Notes under the pieces: generated by a model | The model's database searches: none | Told to the model about the DNA's origin: nothing | The model's input: only the letters and a program-made list of their open reading frames with translations | Shown: in pieces, positions 24,601-36,600 of the stretch | Layout: each line of letters opens with the position of its first letter | Numbering within the stretch: the stretch's first letter is position 1 | Program-made: the position numbers and the translations under genes | Assembly (NCBI GenBank): GCA_030390025.1 | Contig: JASTWF010000418.1 | Coordinates: 310,001-374,000, forward strand | Length of the DNA stretch: 64,000 nt | Direction: 5' to 3' | From: Squalus acanthias | Lineage: Eukaryota

Positions 24601-27600
24601 ATATTAAAAACAAGAAGCCAGTGAAGGACAAAGCATTAATTAAGTCTCAAAGTAAGACAAAGGGGTAGAAATTAGGTCGCGCCCCATTTGGGGCGCAAAT
24701 ATCGTCTGGACGCAAATATTAGCGCCTGGCGCTAATTATCGGCACTGACTGGAAACTTCACTTTTACCGCCCCGGGAGGTGAGTGGAGCGCTAAATCAGG
24801 CGCTGCACACCTGTCTTAAGGCGCAAAGGCCAAGGAGTGAGGCGCTACCTCAGAGCGCTGGCGAAGCTCATGTAATGTCAGTCAGCAATGGAACACACAC
24901 ACAATGGCACGGGCCAGTTCTTAAAGGGGATGGTTAATCTTGCTTTCCATCCACATCCTGTTCATTGCAGCCTTGAATCTCGGCCTGGAGAGACTTGCAC
25001 ATCAAATGTGCTGGAAAGAACAATGGAGAGTACCAGGCAAAGAGCTCAGAGTGCAGCTCCCACAATCTCTGCTAAATCGATACAAGGAATGGCAAATCAA
25101 AATGAACCTGCAAAGTGCTGCTCAGTACCCAAAACTCCTTCACACAACGTTGAATCTCTCCAGAAGTCTCTCCCTCTCTCTCTCAGAATGCGTAGTTCAA
25201 AAATGCCACCAACAATAAAAGACAGGAAGAGGCCCCCTTTAAATAGCGCCCCCCCCAGCCCCACAGCGATTGATAGCGTTCCAGTCTTCTGGTCGTTGGA
25301 TGCGCCAGGCGGTAAGGCAGGGGGCCACTCAATTTCCGCTCCGGGGCGCCACAAGGGCGTTGCACCATGGAATGACGTCACAATCTGCGCGCGCAGGTGG
25401 TCGCAGCGGTAAAGTTTAGCGCCGCCGCACAATCTCTAGTTAAGTTCCCGAGCGGCGCAAACATCGCTGTGCCCGGGCGTTAGCGGCTTTGCGCCCCATT
25501 AGCGCCCTCTTAAGGCGCTAACGGGAGGCGCAACCAACTGAATTTTTACCCCAAAGGGTCTTCAATACCGAACATCCCTCATCGCTGAAGTTTCAGACCA
25601 GTCTAGATAATGGGCTGTGGGAAAGGCAAAAGACCTCCGTCTTAATTCATGGGAAGTCCGGCTATGTGCAAGATCTCAAACTCAAAGTTCACAGCAGAAT
25701 AGGGGAGGGAATCATAGACCGTACTTGTGAAGGTCAGCATGGTGAGATAGCCCAAGCAGCTGCCAGTTGCTATGTATTTTGAAAGGGAAAAAAAAGGTAT
25801 AAAGGAACAGCTATTGAACACTGAAAGCAGTGCGAAACCAGAGGTCGAGAAGCTTCAGTCAACAGAACACAGCAAGAGAATAAAGAGACCGCGCCGCAGT
25901 CACTCGGAAGGAACGCCAGGGTTCAATGAACAGACGGAGACTATCTTCTTGTTAAGTATTACTTCTTTATACTGGATGTTTAATGTTTAATAAACCTGTT
26001 TTACTGATACACAATATACCTGGACCCAGAGTGGTTTGTGTCATAGAAACACGGACAAATTAATTCAGAGCTTTAAAAGCTACAAGACCCACCTCAGAGC
26101 CCCCCAGTTAATCACCCCCCAGACTGGGGGGAAGAGCGAGATCAGCCCCTCACTCAGAGCCCCCCAGTTAATCGCCCCCCAAACTGGGGGAAACAGCGAG
26201 ATCAGCCCCTCACTCAGAGCCTCCCAGTTAATCACCCCCCAGACTGGGGGGAAGAGTGAGATCAACCCCTCACTCAGAGCCCCCCAGTTAATCAGACCCC
26301 AGACTGGGGGGAAGAGCGAGATCAGCCCCTCACTCGGAGCCCCGCAGTTTACCGGCCCCCCAGATTGGGGGGAACAGCGTTGGGGGGGTTTCTGACGTCT
26401 GGCTTGTGATTCCGCGGGGGCTCATTAACGACAATCGCGGGAACCCGCTGGATTGAAATGGAAGGGGAGTGGGGGGGGGGGTGGGGGGGGGGCCCCGGGG
26501 AGGAGCGCCCCTCGCGATCTGTTCCCCGGGTCACAAACCTCCCCTCCCCTCCCCCGGTGACTGGGAGCCAAGCCCAGGGGTTAACCCACTAAACCTCCAA
26601 CCCCCAACTCTCTAATCCCAGCACAAATCTCCACCTCAAACCCCCCAGCCCAATTCAACCTCCCTAACCCCCGAACCCTCGCTGCCCCCCCGCCCCCCCC
26701 CAACAACCCCCAGCAGTCCAGACACTCACCTCTGGTCCTGATCTCCTTGACGATGGGCTGGGTCAGCGTCTGGTGTGAGACGACACACTGGTACTTGTCC
26801 ACATCCACCCAGTCTCGACCCCTGACCTCCAGCTGACTGACGGTGGTGTACCGAGCAGCGGGGTCTCGGGACAGAGGCTGCTCGGTGATTCCCGACCTCA
26901 CTCGTCTTCCGTCCGAGAACCAGGAGATCCGCACACTGGGGGGGTAGAATCCGCTGACTAGGCAGAGCAGGGGGGTGAAACCGTTCTCCGATATCTCCCC
27001 CGGGGGCGGGTAATGAAGCTGGACCGAGGGAGGAGAGGACGATGGCACTGGAACAAGAATCAAGGGGTCAGTCACTGGCCCGAGTGTCTCTGGCCCAGAA
27101 TCGAGGGGTCAGTCACTGACCTCAGTGTGTCTGGCCCAGAATCGAGGGGTCAATCACTGACCTCAGTGTGTCTGGTACAGAATCGAGGGGTCATTCTCTG
27201 ACCTCTGATCTCACAATCACATATATCACAAGAACAGTGTGCGTGACTAGAGGTCTATAAAGATCGTGAGCTTTTCTTTTAGCAGAGAGGGACAAGGACG
27301 AAAGGTTCGACGATGGTTAGGTCTCTACCCACAGGATAAACGGTGTTAATTGTGTTTACTTCTCTGCTTGGTTGAGCACATTAAAAGGTTTAAGTTGAAA
27401 CCATATTTGGCATCAGATTCGAATTCTCTGACACAGGGCAATGGGACTAAGGAGGGAGCTCGGTCAGAGAGAGGGCACGGGGGCGATGGGCTAAATTTCC
27501 TCGTCTGCTGTAAAATTCTCTCACTTTATGATCCTTGAGTCACAGATATAAACAACAAACTCTAGGATACTTGGAATTCCCACTACAGGTTCTTCCCCTG

Positions 27601-30600
27601 TGGGACTCCTCACTCCCAAAACTGTTCGAATCTTCACCCTGAAACTGTGGGGACTCCTTGACCTCAAAACTGTAGGATTCTTCACCCGCCAAATTGTGGG
27701 ACTCTTATTCCCCAAACTGTGGGACTCTTCATCCCCCAAACTGTGGGACTCCTCTACCATAAGACTGTAGGATTCTTCACCTCCAAATTGTGGGACTCCT
27801 CATCTCCGAAACTCTGGTACTCCTCACCTCCCAAACTCTGAGACTCCTCACCTTCAAACCAATGGAATCCTCATCTCCAATTATTGGGACTCCTCACTCC
27901 CAAAATTATTGGTTCTCTCACCTCAAAAGTGTCGGTCTCCATGACCACCAAACTGTTCAACTCTTCACCCCCAAACTGTGAGTCTCCTCACCCCCAAAAC
28001 TCTGGGACTCCTTACCCCCAAACTGTGGGACACCTTCCTTCCAAACTCTGGGACTCCTTACCCACAAACTGTGGGACTCCTCACCCCCAAACTGTGGGAC
28101 TCCTCACCCCCCAAACTCTGGGATGCGGCCCCCCCAAAACCCTGGGACTCCTCACCACCAAATTGTGGGACTCCTCACTTCCAAACTTTGGGACTCCTCA
28201 ACCCCGCAAACTGTGGGGACTCCTCACCACCAAACTGTAGGACTCTTCAACACCAAACTGTGGGACTGCTCACTTCCAACCTCTGGGAGTCCTCGCCCCC
28301 AAACTGTGCAACCTTTCACCCCCAAACTGTTGGACTCCTCACCCCCAAATTCAGTGACCCCTCATCTCTCTAAATTGTCCCTTTGTCCTAAAATCAGCTG
28401 GTCTTGGCGTAACTCCAAACCACCGTTCCCTGAACTGCCTCATCTGATGTCCTCCACCCTCCAAGCTTGGCTGTTGGCCAGTGACTGCCCGTTCCAGTTC
28501 CACCCCTCCCTTGCCCACAAACGGGTTTCGGACGAGCTCCCCTACCGGCCTCGACCTTCAGTGTAGATCCACAGCCGCACCAATCTGTCGCATTCTTGTC
28601 TCCCAGGTGGTCAGCCATTTGGCAGAAGTACCTGGTGGAATCTTGCTGCGTGGCATTAGTGATCCGCAGAGACATCTGCTTTCGGCCAAAGTTCTTCTGT
28701 GCCACGTAACGGTGAGCTTTCCCAGCCATGAAGGTTGGGACCTGTGACTTGGGGCTCCAGTACACCAGCTGCTTGATGATCCCAGTGCCAGGGGGGACGT
28801 AACCCCAGATCAAGTACCGGTTGTCTGTCTTGCGGGAGAATCGGCACTCCATCGTGACCGAGTCGCCCTCCCGGACGCTCATTAATGTGGACGAGAATCG
28901 GAAGTTCCCACCGCAGGAGGTGAGCCCTGAAAATAGAGAGAGAGACACAACTCGTGAATCCTCCTGCCAAAGATAACTCAGGAAATGTAGGACGGTTGCA
29001 GCTAAGGCTGCACTTTGACATTGGTCAAGGTAAAGCTTGGTACAGAACCTTGGTTAGACCACACTTGGAGCAATGTGCCCAGTCCCGGTCTCCATATACC
29101 TTGGATAGACCACACTTGGAGCACTGTGCACAGTCCCGGTCTCCATATACCTTGGATAGACAACACTTGGAGCACTGTGCACAGTCCCGGTCTCCATGTA
29201 CCTTGGTTAGACCACACTTGGAGCACTGTGCCCAGTCCCGGTCTCCACATACCTTGGATAGACCACGCTTGGAGCACTGTGCCCAGTCCCGGTCTCCACA
29301 TACCTTGGATAGACCACACTTGGAGCACTGTGCACAGTCCTGGTCTCCATATACCTTGGTTAGACCACACTTGGAGCAATGTGCACAGTCCCGGTCTCCA
29401 TATACCTTGGATAGACAACACTTGGAGCACTGTGCACAGTCCCGGTCTCCATGTACCTTGGTTAGACCACACTTGGAGCACTGTGCCCAGTCCCGGTCTC
29501 CACATACCTTGGATAGACCACGCTTGGAGCACTGTGCCCAGTCCCGGTCTCCACATACCTTGGATAGACCACACTTGGAGCACTGTGCACAGTCCTGGTC
29601 TCCATATACCTTGGTTAGACCACACTTGGAGCAATGTGCACAGTCCTGGTCTCCACATACCTTGGATAGACCACGCTTGGAGCAATGTGCACAGTCCTGG
29701 TCTCCATATACCTTGGTTAGACCACACTTGGAGCAATGTGCACAGTCCTGGTCTCCATATACCTTGGTTAGACCACACTTGGAGCAATGTGCAAAGTCCC
29801 GGTCTCCATATACCTTGGTTAGACCACACTTGGAGCAATGTGCACAGTTCTGGTCTCCATATACATTGGTTAGACCACACTTGGAGCAATGTGCACAGTC
29901 CCGGTCTCCACATACCTTGGATAGACAACACTTGGAACTCCGTGCAAAGTCCTGGTCTCCATATACCTTGGTTAGGCCACACTTGGAACTCCGTGCAAAG
30001 TCCTGGTCTCCATATACCTTGGTTAGACCACACTTGGAGCACTGTACACAGTTATGGTCTCCATATACCTCGGATAGACCACACTTGGAGCAATGTGCAC
30101 AGTTCTGGTCTCCACATCCCTTAGTTAGACCACACTTGGAGCACTGTACACAGTTCTGGTCTGCATATACCTTGGATAGACCACACTTGGAGCAATGTAA
30201 ACAGTTCTGGTCTCCATATACCTTGGTTAGACCTCACTTGGAGCACTGTGCACAGTTATGGTCTCCATATACCTTGGATAGACCACACTTGGAGCACTGT
30301 GCACAGTTCTGGTCTCCACATACCTTGGTTAGACCACACTTGGAGCACTGTGCCCAGTCCCGGTCTCCACATACCTTGGATAGACCACGCTTGGAGCAAT
30401 GTGCACAGTCCTGGTCTCCATATACCTTGGTTAGACCACACTTGGAGCAATGTGCAAAGTCCCGGTCTCCATATACCTTGGTTAGACCACACTTGGAGCA
30501 ATGTGCACAGTCCCGGTCTCCACATACCTTGGTTAGACAACACTTGGAACTCCGTGCACAGTCCTGGTCTCCATATACCTTGGTTAGACCACACTTGGAG

Positions 30601-33600
30601 CAATGTGCACAGTTCTGGTCTCCATATACCTGGGTTAGACCACACTTGGAGCGCTGTGCACAATTCTGATCTCCACATCCCTTGGTTAGACCACACTTGG
30701 AGCACTGTGCACAGTTCTGGTCTCCACATCCCTTGGTTAGACCACACTTGGAGCACTGTGAACAGTTCTGTTCTCTATATACCTTAGTTAGACCACACAT
30801 AGAACTCCGTGCACAGTTCTGGTCTCCATATACCTTGGTTAGACCACACTTGGAGCAATATGCACAGTTCTGCTCTCCATATACCTTGGTTAGACCACAC
30901 TTGGAGCACTGTGCAGAGTTCTGCTCTCCATATACCTTGGTTAGACCACACTTGGAGCAATGTGCACAGTTCTGGTCTCAATATGCATTGGTTAGACCAC
31001 ACTTGGAGCACTGTGCAGAGTTCTGCTCTCCATATACCTTGGTTAGACCACACTTGGAGCAATGTGCACAGTTCTGCTCTCCATATACTTTGGATAGACC
31101 ACACTTGGAGCGCTGTGCATAGTTCTGGTCTCAATATGCATTGGTTAGACCACACTTGGAGCACTGTGCACAGTTCTGGTCTCCATTTAAAAATAAATGC
31201 TTTATTCGTTTATGGGATCTGGGCATCGCTGGCAAGGCCAGCATTTATTGCCCATCCCTAGTTGCCCTTGAGAAGGTGGTGGTGAGCCGCCTTCTTGAAC
31301 CGCTGCAGTCCGTGTGGTGGAGGTGCTCCCACAGTGCTGTCAGGGAGGGAGTTCCAGGATTTTGACCCAGAGACGATGAAGGATCGGCCGATATATTCCC
31401 AAGTCAGGATGGTGTGTGACTTGGAGGGGAACTTGGAGGTGGTGGTGTTCCCATGCGCCTGCTGCCCTTATCCTTCTAGGTGGAAGAGGTCGCGGGTTTG
31501 GGAGGGGCTGCCGAAGAAGCCTTGGCGAGTTGCTGCAGTGCATCTTGTAGATGATACACACTGCAGCCACGGTACGCCGGTGGTGGAGGGAGTGAATGTT
31601 TAAGGTGGTGGATGGGGTGCCAATCAAGCGGGCTGCTTTGTCCTGGATGGTGTCGAGCTTCTTGAGTGTTATTGGAGCTGCACTCATCCAGGCAAGTGGA
31701 GAGTATTCCATCACACTCCTGACTTGTGCCTTGTAGATGGTGGAAAGGCTTTGGGGAGTCAGGAGGTGAGACACTCGCCGCAGAATACCTAGCCTCTGAC
31801 CTGCTCTTGGTGCCACAGTATTTATGTGGCTGGTCCAGTTAAGTTTCTGGTTAATGTTGACCCCCAGGATGTTGATTGTGGGGGATTCGGCGACGGTAAT
31901 GCCATTGAATGTCAAGGGGAGATGGTTAGATTCTCGCTTGTTGGAGATAGTCATTGCCTGGCACTTCTGTGGCGCAAATGTTAACTGCCACTTATCAGCC
32001 CAAGCCTGAACGTCGTCCAGGTCTTGTTGCATGCGGGCATGGACTGCTTCATTATCTGTGGAGTTGTGAATGGCACTGAACACTGTGCAGTCATCAGCGA
32101 ACATCCCCATTTCTGACCTTATGTTGGAGGGAAGGTCATTGATGAAGCAGCTGAAGATGGTTGGGCCGAGGACACTGCCCTGAGGAACTCCTGCAGTGAT
32201 GTTCTGGGGCTGTGATGATTGACCTTCAACCACCACAACCATCTTTCTTTGTGCTAGGTATGACTCCAGCCAGTGGGGTAGACCACACTTGGAGCACTGT
32301 GAACAGTTCTGATCTCCACATCCCTTGGTTAGACCACACTTGGAGCACTGTGCACAGTTCTGTTCTCCATATACATAGAAACATAGAAGATAGGAGCAGG
32401 AGTCGGCCATTCGGCCCCTGAGCCTGCTCCGCCATTCCATGAGATCATGGCTGATCATCCAAACTCAGTAGCCTGTACCTGCCTTCTCCCCATATCCTTT
32501 GATACCTTTAGCTTTAAGAAATATATCTAACTCATTCTTGAATATATTTAATGACTTGGCCTCAACTACCTTCTGTGGTAGAGAATTCCACAGGTTCACC
32601 ACTCTCTGGGTGAAGAAATTCTTCCTCATTTCTGCCCTAAATGGCTTACCCGTTATCCTTAGATTATGACCCCTGGTTCTGGACTCTCCGACCATCGGGA
32701 ACATTCTTCCTGCATCTAGTTTGTCCAGACCTGTCAGAATTTTATATGTTTCGATGAGATCCCCTCTCATTCTTCTATACTCCAGCGAGTATAAGCCCAA
32801 GCGACCCAATCTCTCCTCATATGTCATTCCTGCCATCCCAGGTATCAGCCTTGTGAATCTTCGCTGAACTCCTTCCATGGCAAGAACATCTTTCCTCAGA
32901 TAAGGCGACCAAAACTGCACACAGTACTCAAGGTGTGGTCTCACCAAGGCCCTGTACAACTGCAGCAGGACATCCCTGTTCCTATACTCAAACCCTTTCA
33001 CTATGAAGGCCAACATACCATTTGCCTTCTTCACCGCCTGCTGCACCTGCATGCTTACTTTCAGCGACTGGTGCACAAGGACACCCAGGTCTCGTTGCAC
33101 TTCCCCTTCTCCCAATCTATTGCCATTCAGATAATAGTCTGCCTTTCTATTTTTGACACCAAAGTGGATAACCTCGCATTTATCCACATTATATTGCATC
33201 TGCCACGCTTCTGCCCACTCACCCAACCTGTCCAAATCATCCTGGAGTTTCTCGGTATCCTCCTCGCAGCACACACTCCCACCCAGCTTTGTGTCATCTG
33301 CAAACTTGGAGATATTACATTTAGTTCCCTTATCTAGATCATTAATGTATATTGTGAATAGCTGGGGTCCAAGGACCAATCCCTGCGGTACCCCACTAGT
33401 CACTGTTTGCCACTCGGAAAAAGACCCATTAATTCCTACTCTCTGCTTTCTGTCTGCCAATCAGTTCTCTATCCAAGTCAATACCTTGCCCCCAATCCCA
33501 TGTGCATTAACTTTATACGCTAATCTCTTATGCGGGACCTTATCGAAAGCCTTTTGAAAGTCCAAATACACCACATCCACTGGTTCTCCCTTATCTATTT

Positions 33601-36600
33601 TCCCAGTTACATCCTCAAAAAATTCCAGAAGATTAGTCAAGCACGATTTACCTTTTGTAAATCCATGTTGACTTTGTCCGATCCTGTCACTGTTTTTCAA
33701 GTGCTCAGCTATTACATTCTTTATAATGGACTCTAGCATTTTCCCCACTACTGATGTCAGGCTTCCCGGTCTGTAATTCCCCGTTTTCTCTCTACCACCC
33801 TTTTTGAATAGTGGGGTAACATTAGCTACCCTCCAATCCATGGGTACAGTTCCAGATTCCATCGAATGTTGGAAGATGATCAGCAATGCATCTACTATTT
33901 CTAGGGCCACTTCCTTAAGTACCCTAGGATGTAGATTATCAGGCCCTGGGGATTTATCAGCCTTCAATCCCGTCAATTTCCCTAACACCATTTCCCTGCA
34001 AATACTGATTTCTTTCAGTTCCTCCCTTTCATCAGACCGTATGTTCTCCAACATCTCTGGGAGGTTATTTGTGTCCTCCTTTGTGAAGACAGAACCAAAA
34101 TATGCATTTAATTGGTCTGCCATTTCTTTGTTCCCCATTATAACTTCCCCTGCTTCTGACTGCAAGGGACCTACACATGATTTCACTAATCTTTTTCTCT
34201 TCACATATCTATAAAAGCTCTTACAGTCAGTTTTTATGTTCCCAGCAAGCTTACTTTCATATTCTATTTTCCCCTTCTTAATTAATCCCTTTGTCCTCCT
34301 TTGTTGAATCCTAAACTGCTCCCAATCCTCAGGGTTACCGCTTTTTCTGGCCAATTTATATGCCCTCTCCTTGAATCTTATGCTATCCCTAATTTCCCTT
34401 GTTAGCCACAGTTGAGTCACCCTTTTTGTTTTATTCTTATGCCACACTGGGATGAACAAATTCTGCAGTTCATCCATGCAGTCTTTGAATGTTTGCCATT
34501 GCCTATCCACCGTCAACCCTTTGAGTGACATTCCCCAATCATTCCTACCCAATTCGCGCCTCATACCATCGTAGTTTCCTTTATTTAAATTCAGGACCCT
34601 AGTCTCTGATTCAACTACTTCACTCTCCATCCTAATGAAGAATTCTATCATATTATGATCACTCTGACCCAAGGGGCCTCGTACAACAAGATTGCTAATT
34701 AATCCTTTCTCATTACATAATACCCAGTCTAAGATGGCCTGATCTCTGGTTGGTTCCTCGACATATTGTTCCAGAAAATCATCCCGTAAACATTCTAGGA
34801 ATTCCTCCTCCACAGTATTTTTACTAATTTGGTTAGCCCAATCTATATGTAAATTAAAGTCACCCATGATGACTGCTGTGCCTTTACAGCATGCTTCTCT
34901 AATTTCACTTTTAATGCCGTCCCCAACCTCCATATTACTATTTGGAGGTCTATATACCACTCCCACTAACGTTTTCTGCCCCTTGTTATTTCTCAGTTCT
35001 ACCCATACAGATTCCACATCATCAGAGCTAATATCCTTCCTTTCAATTGTGTTAATCCCTTCTTTAACCAGCAATGCTTGGAGCAATGTGCACAGTTCTG
35101 GTCTCCACATCTCTTGGTTAGACCACACTTGGAGCGCTGTGCACAGTTCTGTTCTCCATATACCTTGGTTAGACCACACTTGGAGCAATGTGCACAGTTC
35201 TGCTCTCTATATAACTTGGTTAGACCACACTTGAAGCACTGTGCACAGTTCTGGTCTCCATATCCCTTGGTTACACCACACTTGGAGCACTGTGCACAGT
35301 TCTGGTCTCCATATACCTTGGTTAGACCACACTTGGAGCACTGTGCACAGTTCTGGTCTCCACATCCCTTGGTTATACCACACTTGGAGCACTGTGCACA
35401 GTTCTGGTCTCCATATACCTTGGTTAGACCATACTTGGAGCACTGTGCACAGTTCTGGTCTCCACATCCCTTGGTTATACCCCACTTGGAGCACTGCGCA
35501 CAGTTCTGATCTCCACATCCCTTGGTTAGACCACACTTGGAGCACTGTGCACAATTCTGGCCTCCATATACCTTGGTTAGACCATACTTGGAGCACTGCG
35601 CACAGTTCTGTTCGCCATATACCTGGGTTAGACCATACTTGGAGCACTGTGCACAGTTCTGGTCTCCATATAACTTGGTTAGACCACACTTGGAGCGCTG
35701 TGCACAGTTCTGTTCTCCATATACCTTGGTTAGACCACACTTGGAGCACTGTGCACAGTTCTGGTCTCCATATACCTTGGTTAGACCACACTTGGAGCAC
35801 TGTGCACAATTCTGATCTCCACATCCCTTGGTTAGACCACACTTGGAGCACTGTGCACAGTTCTGGTCTCCATATAACTTGGTTATACCACACTTGGAAC
35901 ACTGTGCACAGTTCTGGTCTCCATATAACTTGGTTAAACCAAACTTGGAGCACTGTGCACAGTTCTGTTCTCCATATACCTTGGTTAGACCACACTTGGA
36001 GCACTGTGCACAGTTCTGGTCTCCACATCCCTTGGTTATACCCCACTTGGAGCACTGCGCACAGTTCTGATCTCCACATCCCTTGGTTAGACCACACTTG
36101 GAGCACTGTGCACAATTCTGGCCTCCATATACCTTGGTTAGACCATACTTGGAGCACTGCGCACAGTTCTGTTCGCCATATACCTGGGTTAGACCATACT
36201 TGGAGCACTGTGCACAGTTCTGGTCTCCATATAACTTGGTTAGACCACACTTGGAGCACTGTGCACAGTTCTGGTCTCCATATAACTTGGTTAGACCACA
36301 CTTGGAGCACTGTGCACAGTTCTGTTCTCCATATACCTTGGTTAGACCACACTTGGAGCACTGTGCACAGTTCTGGTCTCCACATCCCTTGGTTATACCC
36401 CACTTGGAGCACTGTGCACAGTTCTGGTCTCCATATACCTTGGTTAGACCATACTTGGAGCACTGTGCACAGTTCTGGTCTCCACATCCCTTGGTTATAC
36501 CCCACTTGGAGCACTGCGCACAGTTCTGATCTCCACATCCCTTGGTTAGACCACACTTGGAGCACTGTGCACAATTCTGGCCTCCATATACCTTGGTTAG

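Noticed and set aside
24888-25432. ORFs inside the Harbinger-like elements as transposase
   Set aside because: No DDE or Myb-like motifs, and the frames are not conserved between the 11138 and 24662 copies.
13715-28926. Conventional rearranging IgW/IgM/IgNAR/TCR cluster
   Set aside because: There are no RSS-flanked segments, and the V framework, TM and ~45-aa tail do not resemble those classes. A highly diverged germline-joined Ig cannot be fully excluded without phylogeny.
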